Below are positions 37,255-49,460 of a stretch of DNA of 64,000 nucleotides, in pieces (position 1 is the stretch's first letter; every line of letters begins with the position of its first letter). This DNA comes from Sphaerodactylus townsendi. Taxonomy: Eukaryota. A program made the position numbers and the translations under genes. The notes under the pieces are model-generated. The model was not told the origin of the DNA and ran no database searches. It worked only from the letters and a program-made list of their open reading frames with translations. The DNA is taken from positions 63,116,001 to 63,180,000 of the forward strand of contig NC_059432.1 in NCBI RefSeq assembly GCF_021028975.2, in the 5' to 3' direction.

Positions 37255-40200
37255 ATTTTATTTATTTATTTATTTATTTCTTAAATTTATATACCGCCCG
37301 ATCCCCGAAGGGCTCCGGGCGGTGAACAACATTATTTGAACATCAACAGGAGCGGTCATACAAATATAAATACATAAGCTGCATCCCATAAAATAGCTTA
37401 AAACTCATAAAAACAGCGAATAACCATAATACATAATAACAACAAGAGGCGTCCAACCCCAATTTAAAACCTTCCCCCATGAGGGGGGGGGCGGTGGGGC
37501 CCCTCAATATGAGGGGACCCTGATGTAACTGTCCCAGGCACAGAGCAGTGAGGGGGGCACCGTATCAGCAGCTGGACGCACTCCAAAGGCCCGGTGGAAC
37601 AACACAGTGATCTTGCGAGGCCCTCACCGGAACTCACCCAGGTCCCTGGGGTGTGAACAGCTGGAGGGAAGGGGTGTTCCCACCAGGCTGGGGCCAGTGC
37701 CGTAAGCGTCCCTGGCCCGTGTGGAATGGCCAGCCGCATCATGGGGAGGGCGGGGGATCACCAGTAGGTTGGCCTCTGCAGAGCGCCTTGAGGGGCAGAA
37801 TTGGGACATATGGGGTGATCGCGGGTCCGAAGGTGCGAGGGTCCCAGGCCGCCCAAAGCCTTGAAGGTCCAAAACCCACACCTTGAAGATGATTCGGAAT
37901 TCAACGGGAAGCCAATGCAGCTGCCGCAGCACAGGCTGGATGTGTGTTCTCTGAAGGCGCCACCTGGCGAGCAGGCGTGCTGCCCGCGCATGTTGGACCA
38001 GTTTTAACTTCCAAATCAGCGCAAAGGGAAGGCCGGCGTACAGCGAGGTTACAATAGTCCAGCCTGGAGGTGACCGTTGCATGGATCACAGTGGCGAGGC
38101 CTGCCTGGGAGAGGGAGGGAGCCAACCGCCCGGGGCCTGGCGAAGATGGAGAAAAATGCAGTCCGGGTTGTGCATGAACCACCTGGGTCTCCATTGAGAG
38201 AGAGCGGGCCAGGTGGACCCCCAGACTACTGACGGAGGAGGGTCGGCGCCAATGAGACCCCCTCCCACTGCAGCGGCTAAAATCCCCGACCTCACCCCTG
38301 CCGGTCCTAGCCAGAGGATCTCCGTCTTCGATGGATTCCAGTGGCAGCCTGCTCTGCTGCAGCCAACCAGCTACATACTCCAAACAATGCTGGAGAGCAG
38401 CAGAGAGAGTGACAGCCGCTCCCCCCTCCATCAACAGAATGAGCTGAGTGTCATCAGCATGTTGTTGACAGATCGGCCCAAAGCTCCGCACGCAACTGAG
38501 CAAGTGGTCGCGTGCGAATGGTAAGCAACTTGGCCCGGGGGGACCAACAGCTCCCTGGGGTACTCCGCACTGAAAGAGGGCACCTCCGGTAGACTTCATC
38601 CCCGCACCACACTTTACTGATTCCGGTCCCGGAGAAGCGAGGAGCAATCCATTGAAGGACGGTGCCCATTACCCCGGAGGCGTGACCAGGCGGTCAGGTC
38701 AAAAGGTTGTGATGTCGACCATATCAAACGCTGCGGTGGATCTAACAAAACCAGCAGCGCCGATCCATCCTCCGGTCAAGTTGCATATAAGGCGTATCCG
38801 TGATGGCGACAAAGAGGCGGTCTCCGTCCCATGCCCAGCACGGAAGCCGGACTGGAAGGGATCGAGAAGGCCGATGTGTCATCCAGGAAACCCTGAAACT
38901 TCGGTATAACCACTCCTCTCAATTACCTTCCCCAGAAATGAAAGGTTCGAAATGGGTGGTAATTGGCCAGATCCCCCGGATCTAGCGATGGTCTTTTTAA
39001 GAGTGGGTGGACCACTGCCTCATTCAACCCATCCGGAAAGACCGCTTGCGCAAGGGGAGTCGTTGATGATGTTCAACAGATGGGGTCGTAGCTCCACCCG
39101 ACGAAGCACATAAGCCGGGAGGGGCCTGAGGATCCAGAGGACGGGTGGTAGGTCTAACGGCAGCCAAGGCCCTGTCAACAGCGGCTTCGGAGAGCAGGGA
39201 GAACTGCGCCAAACTTGGGCCCGAGGACGACAAGGGAGCCTCCAGTTCACTAATTGTGAATAGCGTGGCGGGAAGGTCCCGGCCAAAACTCACGTGACTT
39301 TTATCTGCAAAGAAGCTCGCCAGATGCCTCTGGCTAATAGCCAATTGATGGTTGAGTAGATCCTTCCGATAGGGAGGTCAAGCACTGAATTATACGAAAT
39401 AATTGTGCCGGGATGGAGCTAGCAGACGCAAGAGAGGAGGAGAAGAAAGCCCTCTTTGCCTCCTTCATTACCATCTCATGAAGCCTTCATAAGCGTCCTA
39501 TAAGATGTTGGCGCAGCGCCGTCGACGAGATTTCCGCCCTTTTCGCTCTAGTCGTCCTAAGCGCCCTTTTCATATGGCACAGCTCCCCGGTATACCAGGG
39601 AGCCTGCAGGCTCTGAAGCGAAGAGGACACCCGAGGGCACCAACAGTCTCGATGGCATCGGAGAGCAGGGAGTTCAAATTATCCACCTGCTCATCAGGTA
39701 ATGCCGGTGGGTTCAGGATCCATAGAGCATTCAGGAAACCAATTGGATCCATAAGTCTCAGCGGTGAAGGCAGTAAATCAAACCCTAACCTAGTTGAGGT
39801 TGGCGTGGCAGGAGCCATCCGAACCTTCAGAAGTAATGCGTCGAACCATGGCACTCTATCCGTAGAGGACATGATATATCAACCCCCAAACCGAAGACCA
39901 AATCCAGCGTATGGCCAGCCTGGTAGGTGGGGCCAGAACTTACCAAGGAGAGGCCCAGTGCTGCCATGGATGATACCGGGTCAGCGACCACTGTACATGA
40001 GGCTGACGTCAGCGTGGACATTAAAGTCCCCCAGAGACAATAGGTCTGGGGAACCGCAATGCTGAGTCCGCCACCACCTCCAGCAACCACAGCAGTCAGT
40101 CCCCACAGTGCGCTAGGCGACCAATTTTACCAGGAGGATCGCATGGCATCCTCTCTCGGCCAACCACTGTGGGCCGACACATTCCATACCGGCGATCTCC

Positions 40201-40756
40201 GGGATGGGGAATTATGAAGGGAATGGAATCGCGGATGAACATCGCCAGCCACCTCCCCCCCCGGCCCTGTGTTGGCGGCTGGTGGAGACACGCCGAACCC
40301 GGGTGGCGTGACAAGCCTAAAGGCGATGGTTTCACCCTCACGCACCCAGGTTTTAGGTGATACAAGCCAGGTCCATCTCTGCTGGGCCGAGGGCGAGATG
40401 CACTCGGAGCACCAGCGGTTTGTGTTGATGGACCTGGCATTGATCAACACCAGCGACGAAGCAGAGTAATCCTGAACCCCACCACCGTCTTCTCTTGGGA
40501 TAGGTCGGAGGTCAGAAAGCGAATGAGCATGACCATATCTCGTTCGTCTTCTATCATTCGGCCACCGCCTGCCGCTATATCTACCCCGTCCCATCAGCAC
40601 CGGGATCCCCTGCCCCAAGGTAGGTGTCCCCATTGCTCAGCCACCCTCCCCCAACCTATAGCCTCACTAACCACTCCCACACTAAGCAGGCCCACCCTAC
40701 TGCTAGGTACTAATACTGATCTAGATACCCTAACCTAACACTGCATCACATACAGG
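37255..40756 (-). mobile_element. Long L2-clade LINE (APE endonuclease plus RT), heavily frameshifted, inserted into a SINE
   Basis: Endonuclease motifs SLVLINARSI, GPTYQAGHTLDLVF. RT motifs CGVPQGA, QHADDTQL, IHATVTSRLDYCN, LHWLPVEFRIIFK. 3' stem-loop CCGCCCG..CGGGCGG and (TAAA)n tail. Confidence 0.93.
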
Positions 40757-40820
40757 CTGGAAATGCTGGGGATTGAATCTGGGACCTTCATGCCAAGCAG
40801 ATGTTCCAGTACAGATCTAC
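40757..40820 (-). mobile_element. tRNA-like head of a SINE whose other part lies at ~37222-37254
   Basis: CTGGAAATGCTGGGGATTGAATCTGGGACCTTC continues GGTCTTTCACATCAC...CCTTTTA, as in the uninterrupted copy at ~43410-43500. Confidence 0.7.
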
Positions 40821-40994
40821 CTCCTGAAGTGGGATAAGTGGGATTAGAAGTAGAAGTCCTAAATGGTGTAGCATACAAATGGTGTAGTGTACTATATGTT
40901 TTTGACAGGGTTCCAAGGCTGGTGGAAATGTCATTTGATACAGTCAGTGTACCCCTTCATTTTTGCTGCTCAGAAAGAGCAAGATGATGATGAA

Positions 40995-41166
40995 GTAGAG
41001 GTGATTTAGGATTTGTACCCTGCCTTTCTCTTCTGTAAGGAGACTCAAGGCACCCTACACACTTCTTTCCCTTCCTCTCCCCACAACAGACACCTTGTGA
41101 AGTAGGAGTGGCTGAAAGAATTCTAATGAACTATGACTAGTCCAACGTTACCCAGCAGGAATGTAG
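40995..41166 (-). mobile_element. Truncated Squam3-like SINE (3' half)
   Basis: Similarity to the copies at 10823 and 12190. Confidence 0.75.
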
Positions 41167-41967
41167 GCCCTCCCCCTTGGAGCTACGCCTCTGAGCAGAA
41201 CTACTAAAAGACAAAGCACGTAAGAGACACAACAGGGATTAGAGGTGGAACTTCATTCCTCTTATTGGTTTCCATGTTTACAGACTCCCCCTTCTCTGAT
41301 ATATGACTGAAGTAAATAAAATGTGAGAAATGAAAGGGTAACCAGGGGCAGGTGACCATTCACAGGACCATTCACAGGACCAAGCACAGCAGTGACTGCC
41401 ACACATGTTTTCTGGTTGCAGCTGCAGCCACATCTAAAGACCATTTTGAGATCTACCACCCTATATTTTGCTAGAATGGACTTCCCGCTGTGTTTAGTGC
41501 TTTGAAAAATGTGATCATTGTGCTTGAAATGGGCTCTTGCCTGACAGCAAATAGTATGAGGGAGGGGGCAAGGCCTCTGAGAAATGCTTGGAGAGCAGAG
41601 GATGTATGGGAGAGCAACCCAGCTCCCAAGCAATGTCAAAGTCTTTAAAAAGCTTTCCGTTTCCTACTTCCGTTCCATTTGAACCAGCTCTTAGGAGCAA
41701 TCAGTCACAATCTTACATATTTTGCACAACTATCTAAATAAGATTAAATACTAGGATATGGGAATTTCCTTTGGAAGAATATGGCCTCTGAGTTCTGTAG
41801 CATTACTATCCCCCCTCCCTCATCTGTTAAGTGTGGACAGAAAGCAACTTTGGGGAGCTCTTTGAGTCACCTGGCTAGCCCCTCTTGAAACCGGATGAGC
41901 CTGATCCAGCAAGACAATTCTAATGGCATCTTAGAGTACTACATGACATCACAACTACTTAAACTAT

Positions 41968-42182
41968 GTCAGTGTGGTGTGGTAGACAGAATGTCAGACT
42001 GAGATCCAGAAGACCCAGTTTTAAATCCCAGAAGCTCACTGGATGTTCTTGGGCCAGGCACACACCCTCAACCTAATCTACCTCATACAGTGGTTATTGT
42101 GAGGATAAAGTGGAGGAAGAAAACCAGTGTTTGTAAGCTGCTGTGGGGCCCTTGCGGTGAAAAGTATGGTATAATATCTAAA
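41968..42182 (+). mobile_element. Old tRNA-derived SINE
   Basis: Similar to 5743-5965. Confidence 0.7.
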
Positions 42183-42328
42183 TGAGTTTTAAAAGTTAAA
42201 TTTTTTTCTGTGTTTGTGCAGAAGGGTCCCATTTCTCACTCTTCACATTGTTTAAATAGAAAACAACAATAACAACACACAAAATTTTCATGGATTGTTA
42301 GGGGGTTGGGATATGGGAGAGGTAGAAC

Positions 42329-42331
<3 letters not shown>

Positions 42332-42396
<65 letters not shown>

Positions 42397-42401
42397 TGTG
42401 T
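42332..42401 (+). repeat. (GT)n microsatellite
   Basis: Direct reading. Confidence 0.98.
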
Positions 42402-42575
42402 AAAATGCCATCAAGCCACAGCCAACTTATGGCAACCCAGTAGGGTTTTTAAAGCAAGAGACTAAACAGAGATGGTTTGCCCTTGCCTTCCTCTGCATAG
42501 TGACCCTGGTATTTCTTGATGGTTGACCCAGCTTTCTGATGAGATCAAACTAGCTGAGCCATCCAGGTCAGGGCA
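42402..42575 (-). mobile_element. 5S-derived SINE, internally deleted
   Basis: Reverse-complement similarity to 51980-52195 (GGCAAACCA, CTTGC-TTAAAAACCC). Confidence 0.7.
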
Positions 42576-43299
42576 CTTGCCACTTCAGAATGGTTGAAAA
42601 GTGGCTTATACATTTTTGTAAAGCAATAGATATAGTGAAGTCAGGCACCATGAAATTGTGTCACTGCTGGCTGTCTTCAAAAGAAGCTCTTCCCACCTGG
42701 CCACCACTTCCTTCAGCTGCCTAAAGCTTCTCCTGCATGTTCAGCCCCAGATCTACCTATGGAAGTGTTCAAAGTTGCAATGCCTAGCATGCCAAGAAAC
42801 TGAGATGACCCATCAGGGAGCAGGTAAAGGTCAGCTAGACAGGGCTGTTAGGTTAGAGATCGTCCATTTTTTGTGACATTTCTTGCCTGTTCTTAGGCTG
42901 ATATTCTTAGGTATTATTTGCTCCTCAGAAGGTCAGTTCTCTTCCTCCTTGAAGGCTAACCTGGTCTGTCAACTTTCCTAGCTGAAATGAAGTTGCCTAT
43001 TGCAACAAGAGGACGGCCAAGCATTATAACCTGTGTGTGGTCCAGAGTGGGGCAGTGTTATTGCTACCTGGGTGTAACTTATTAAGACAACACTCTGCTG
43101 GGGTGAGGAGTTAAGAGGGGGATAGAGGACCTCATTTTACTTAGATGAATTTGTGCAGAGTAAGAATCAGCCCCTTGGTTCTGAAATCACATTTAGCAAT
43201 AAGGATTCCAAGACTCATTCCACTAATACGTAGTTGTTGACAGGATGCAGAAAGTTCACATTTGCCATCTTTATCTATGAGTGTGTTAAACATGTAAAA

Positions 43300-43510
43300 C
43301 ACAGAACATAGGAACACAAAACACATTCTTTACAGTAAATTGGTCCTTTGGTCTATCAAGGCTAGGATAAACTTCTCTTCCTGGCAGCATCTGTCCAGCA
43401 TCTCAGATGGAGATCCTTCATATCACTTTCTTACAACTGAATCTTTTAAAAACTGTAAATGACAGGGATTGAATCTGGAACCTCTTGTATGCAAAGTTAA
43501 TGAATCATAG
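43300..43510 (-). mobile_element. tRNA-head SINE with CR1-like tail
   Basis: GGGATTGAATCTGGAACCT (B-box complement) and an AGAACATAGGAA tail. Confidence 0.6.
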
Positions 43511-43910
43511 CTCCCACTCTGGATGATAAGTATATGACAGCTAATTGAACTGAATTCAAGCTGAGTTCAATGACCTCGAGTATCCCTTGAAAGTCAGTGT
43601 AGTACACAGAGGTTTCAGATAGCCACATTAGTCCAAATGAACATCCAGAATCAAAATCCATGTAATACTAGTGACATAGTGGATAGAACTAGGACTGGGA
43701 AGACCTTTATTCAGATCCTTATTTAGCCATGAATCTCACTGGCTGATCTTGGGCAAGTTATCCTTTTTTTTTATCCAAGGAGATGGAAAGAACCATGTAT
43801 GCCATCTTGAGATTTTTGTGCAAAGTGTAGAATAAAGTATGGTAAATATATCTCCTGCAGTTCAGAAGATAAGAAAAATGTTTACATTTATTCAGATCTA
43901 TAGGAACAGA

Positions 43911-44175
43911 AGGAGCCACATGGCATAGTGGAGCCACTCACACAGTCAGGAGTTCGAGCCCCCTGTGGGTCAGATATCCTGGCAGCTTGCTCATGGTCAA
44001 CTCAGCCATCCATTCATTTCTTGGTTGGTAAATGAGTACCTAGCTCATAGCTAGGGGGTAAAGAATAGCCAGGGAAATCAATGGTAAACTACCCCACAAA
44101 ATTGGTTTGCCTATAAAATCACTGCTTTCAGTAGTACCCCAGGGTCGGATACGACTGAAGGGGAAACTTTACCTT
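43911..44175 (+). mobile_element. Sauria SINE
   Basis: B box GAGTTCGAGCC, GTCAACTCAGCCATCCAT..GGTAAATGAGTACC core, ACCTTT tail. 12-bp TSD TATAGGAACAGA at 43899-43910 and 44176-44187. Confidence 0.9.
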
Positions 44176-46010
44176 TATAGGAACAGAGCTACAAATGGAA
44201 TGCAAAAGTCTTGATTCTCAAGCTGAATTATATTGCTTTCAGTATAATAAAATGACACCATGAGGATTGTACTGGTTCAGGCAGAGATCTTGGGTAAGAG
44301 ATAACAGGAAATCCAGAGTCAAAACACAAATATTAAGCCAGAGGGACAAATCCAAAAAGCACAAGTCAGGTCATGGGCCAAAGTTAGGAGTGAGTCCAAT
44401 AAGCATAAGATCAAATCAAAAACTCTGAAATCTAAAGCACAGCTAGCCAGCAATGTAGACAATAATCATGGACAAGCTACTTCTACTCTGGTTAATCTTT
44501 CTCTTACTGCTTTTATCAGGGAAACTCTGATCAGGAGGAGGTGCAACTCCACAACTTGCTGAGTCATCCAAGGACAGGTGCTACTCATCAATGCCTAAGG
44601 AGCTTACTTGCTGTCAGCCCTGATCCTGTAGTGACTCAAGCTCACAGGCTGAGGTTGACCAGTGCTGGGCAGCCAACTGCACACTGGAGCACTGCTCCTG
44701 CACCTCCCTCTGGGCCCACCTTCTCCAGTGTACCAAGGGCTCCAATTCAGCTTCCAATCTCATCCTGTGAGAGTGACATTTGAACTTTGACCTGAGACTC
44801 CTCCTGCACTCCTGTCTTGTCCAGTGGGTCTTCTGCCACCCAAGGGCAGGGCTGGCTTCCTCCATCTCTTCTTCATCCAAGATGGCATTGAAAGGGATAC
44901 TTTATTATAGGGATGCTTTTCAAGCAAACAACACAGGTGAACTTCTTATTCTTCAGTTAAACTGAAATGTCTGATTCATAGCTGAATTTCTCTACTTAAC
45001 TACTCTGCAACTCATCGGAAACCCACCTGCTTTTCCACATTTGCCATATAGCGCTTCTCCATCCCCTAAGCCAAGGGCTATTGTGGAATGCTAAGGCCAA
45101 GCACGCTCCATCTCAAAGTGCCAAACATGTGCTGTTTGGACATGCTCCAGTGTATTTTGGAGCAGATGGTTGCCAATGCATTTGCTGGTTAATTCCCAAC
45201 CCTCCTTTTCAATCCTGGGTAGGTTCCACCGCTTTTGGAAACATCCAACTGGGTATCTGCAGCCGAAACCACATAATTTTCTTTGAATCTTTTCCCTGTT
45301 TAAAGGACCAGAGGGAGTTCTTTTTATCATGTTGGATGAGATTATCAGCAAATAAGATGCTAACTGAGCCAATAATAAAGTGAACAGAATGAGATAGGCC
45401 ATTAAGTGAGGTAAAGGATGGGAGATACTGCAACTTCTAGACAACTTCACACATTAGACAATGTAGGCTCTTAGCTACAAAAGCTCACTGCTAATCTAAA
45501 AAGTGCCAGAGAGCTCTGTAGTTTTTGGAAGCATGAATCAGATCTTCTGGTACAAGATGCAAAAACAACTTTTCAGCCCAACCTTATTTATTCAAAAGCA
45601 ACCCACACGATGTCCAATGGGACTTGTTCCACAGTTAGTATATTGGATTGCAACATGTTTCTAAGGCATGCAAACATAAAGGCACTCATTAAACATATTG
45701 TTCATGATATGAAATCATTTTTCATTGATGACACTAAAATACATATACTGTAGTACATTTCACTCCTTTTATCCTTGTAGCACCTGGCAAGTTTTACTCC
45801 TGCCACTTGCAAACATAGGCTGCAGATTTAGATCAGATGGAAAGCATTTAATTCATGGCAAGCATGAATTTAGAGGCTTTAAGCAAAAGCAGTTCAGAAA
45901 GGAGCAATTCAAAACTTTTATTTGCAGATTCATTAACATGAAATTCCTTTTTGCACTTTGCTAATCTGAGCCAGCAATGAGCTACAGTTTCAAAGATAAA
46001 GCTGACACGC

Positions 46011-46262
46011 TGAGCCAGTGTGGAGTAGTGGTTATGAATGGTGGACTCTAATCTGGTGAACTGGATTTGTTTCCTGTTCATTCACAGTAAGCCTGCTGGG
46101 TGACCTTGGGCTAGTCACAGTTCTCTCAGAACTCTGTCAGTCCCACCTTCCTCACAAGGGGTCGGTCGTGAGGAGGGGAAGGGTAGGAGTTTGTAAGCTG
46201 CTTTGAGACTCCTTACAGTTGAGAAAAGTGGGGTATAAATCCATTCCAAACTCTTCTTCTTT
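46011..46262 (+). mobile_element. tRNA-derived SINE (Squam3-like)
   Basis: A and B boxes, GGGTGACCTTGGGCTAGTCACAG core and CTT tail. Confidence 0.9.
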
Positions 46263-48018
46263 TTAAAATGAGTGGTGTCCTGTATTTACATCCTCTGGAA
46301 TCATCTCCATTTATTTTCCGCTGCTGGGCAGATAATGTATAGTGGAAGACAGTATATTTTGGGTTTGTGTGGCAATAATCCATGTTAATTACTACCGGTA
46401 CGTACTTACATTTCAGGGGTCTGAATTGCTTGCTGTCATTTATTTTAGGTTGTCCACGTTGTTTTTAAGGAGTAGCTCTCATGAGAATTCTACAACTGTA
46501 TGTTGCAATCATATGCTCATCCATATACATTTTCATAGTTTGCTAAGTCTTTAAGGTTCCACGAGACTCTTTGCTATTGTGATTTTTAAATTATTTCTGA
46601 CCATCTTTATAGATTTGTTGTGTAAAATGTGCATTGCTTATACCTCCAGCTCAGATTCACATGCAGTAAAAACCTGATATAAATCTGATTAATTAATGTG
46701 TTACCATGAAACCTGCTCAAATGGTAATATCAATCAGTTAGAAGTTGTATTTAATTGCAGTTATAATTTCATTTGGCCATTTATTTCAGCTGCAACATCA
46801 GCTTCACCTGTTGATTTTCTGCTTGCTGTGGTCAAATGACAGGTCTGTCAGAAAAATATGTAGCTTCCTAAGATCTTACGAAAATGTCAGTCATTTTAGT
46901 CCCCCATATGAATTTTACCTTAATGCAACTTTATTTTAAACATTTTCTTGGGAGGGCCTAATAGCCCTCTGCACATGAAAACTCAGCTGCAGGAAGGAGA
47001 GACCCTTGTGTGCGATTCTCTCTCACTAAAGGGGAAAAACTGCTCAGTAAACATAATTGTGGAAAGAAGAAAAAAGCTACACTTTAAGGTCAAGAGTTAA
47101 TGCTGATAATGCTACTAGTACAAGCACTAAGAAAACAAGAATTTCAGCCGCTGATGAAGGAAGCCACCAGGGAGCTGATCACAGCAGGGCTGGGGAAGGA
47201 GTCCCAGGAAGAGAATGTGGCTGAACAAACAGCATTAATCTGTCCAGTCTGGACTATACACCTGATACCTGCATGAAGGCTGCGTCAGAAAGGCCGTCTT
47301 GAAAAGAAGCGTTAGCAATACTAGCTAAAGCAACTCAGCTTTATTACCAGTAGAGATTCTGGCCTTTCAAATGGCTGCCCGAAACCTAATAGATAAACTC
47401 TTCCAATAATTGCATCTCCATAGTATGAAAATTCACACCTGTTTAATTTCTTCCTCTCGTGAAGTTGTTTAAGACCCAACATTTCTGACATGAAAAAATG
47501 GTAGAAAACCCTAATGCAAGCTGAGGGATGAGAGTTCAGAGCAGCAGAGTATTTGATTCTTGTTCATTTTTGCTTCAAAATAGAAACTCTGATCACATAG
47601 AACACTGAGGATGAATCTATGCCTCTCTTAAACAGCTTCTTGTCTGGTAAAGATCAGGAGTGACAGTGTCCTGGCACAGTAAAAAGGAGAAAAGAGTCTA
47701 TGGCAGGGATCCCCAACAGCTGAGCTTGTGGGCACCTTTGGAATTCTGACACAGAGGGGTGGGCACAAACATAAAACGGCTGCCACAGGAGAGGGAACAA
47801 ACCACACAGAGAAGGAACGAGTGCAGGAGCAGAGAGGCACTTTTAAATAAATACACTGGGAAAGAGGAGCGAGAGAGAATAAAACCAGCCCTGTGGTAAA
47901 AGCCCCACCCACTTTCTCCAAACTCTTAGTGGTGCCAGGATAGGTGTCAGTGGAAGCCATGGTGACACCGCCCAGTGACAGTGGAAGCCATGGTGACACC
48001 GCCCAGAGCCCCTAGAGG

Positions 48019-48152
48019 NNNNNNNNNNNNNNNNNNNNNNNNNNNNNNNNNNNNNNNNNNNNNNNNNNNNNNNNNNNNNNNNNNNNNNNNNNNNNNNNNN
48101 NNNNNNNNNNNNNNNNNNNNNNNNNNNNNNNNNNNNNNNNNNNNNNNNNNNN
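48019..48152. other. Assembly gap (N run)
   Basis: Continuous run of N. Confidence 0.99.
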
Positions 48153-48611
48153 TCTGATCTATACCTTCTGGCCTTCATCTTCCATACCTCCTTCCTTCCA
48201 AGTTAATTTCTCAAATATAGTAATTAAAGTTCAGTATGCCAATGTTATGCTGGTCCTGCAAGACAGGGGGATCCCTCTGTTTAGTACAGATTTGTCTCTA
48301 AGAGGAAATTAATCTGGTGCAGTGTCAAATCTCTTACAATATCATTCCAGGGTTTTGTTTTTGTGTGCAAAGTATAGAAATAGCATATTTCTGTTTGCTG
48401 CCTATATGAACTTCCCCATCTGTCTGCGATGACACCTTCCTTTTTAGAACATGAACTATGTACAGAGACTAGCTCTTCTTGAATCCACAACCAGTTGAAC
48501 ATACAAACTGGTGCTAAGTGTCAAAGAATGGTCCTGGTTTGGTCATAAGACTATAGCTCTATTTAATACATTTATACCCCTCAACTCAAACCATTCATGA
48601 AATGATTAATC

Positions 48612-48705
48612 TATTTTTATTGTTTGCTGGTAATGGGTCTACTTCATGAACATCTTGATTAATCTGTTCATGAAGTAGACCCATTACCAGCAAACAATAA
48701 AAATA
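48612..48705. repeat. Perfect inverted repeat, 41-bp arms and 12-nt loop
   Basis: 48612-48652 is the exact reverse complement of 48665-48705. Confidence 0.97.
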
Positions 48706-49089
48706 CAAGTAAAATCAGTAATGCAATGCAGTACAGAATCAGAATAACCACAAAATAATGCCTGGGGTCATCTGCTAACTACAAACTATGTAGAGTTTGC
48801 TACAGATCAGACATCTGAAGCAGCAGTACAACTACAGCAAGAACCCTTCCCTGAAACTCCAAATCCCGGGTAAAAAGAAATGTTGCCATTTGGCAGCCAA
48901 AACTGATTACTCTGGAAAAGGGCCTCTTCCTTAGGGCTGCCTTCTTGGCTTCAAATGGTGGGCACACTTACAGCTCTTGAGTGGCTTTAGCTTAATATAA
49001 ACCCTGGGAGGGGCCAAGTTATAAGAAACACCCCTAACAGGAACACACAGAGAGCATCTTGTACTGAGTTCCTTAGCTGTCACGTGAGG

Positions 49090-49460
49090 AGAAGAAGAAA
49101 CTCTTTAAGCATCCTGATTGCAGACCATTTAGGGAGGACTTTAAAGGTCATAATTACCACCTTAAATTGAGCCTAGAAGCAGCCAGTGAGGCTTCTTTGA
49201 TGGTGGCAGAATATGGTGTCTATTACACATATTTAGCACCAAATGACGTTTCCAGACAATTTTCAATGACAGCCCTAGGTAAAGTGCATTGTGAGGGTTC
49301 AGGATGAATGTCATTAGCTGGTCTGTGGAGGAAAAGCTGCCACTGGTACACCAGCCAAGATTGACAGAGGCTTGTAGGTCACAGAGAAGATCTGTCGTTC
49401 CAACTGTACCCACCCCCTTCTCTAGTATAACATCATCCATGACAGGCTGTCTTTATATCC
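49090..49460 (-). mobile_element. Old L2 fragment
   Basis: Minus ORF NALYLGLSLKIVWKRHLVLN...HILPPSKKPHWL resembles the L2 RT C-terminus. Confidence 0.6.

Noticed and set aside
37255-40756. Functional reverse transcriptase CDS
   Set aside because: Many frameshifts as assembled; annotated as a mobile element instead.
41168-41193. Orphan hAT-like right end GCTACGCCTCTG
   Set aside because: No partner end or matching TSD found.
44250-44790. Gypsy-like solo LTR
   Set aside because: Composition is suggestive, but the termini and TSD could not be established.
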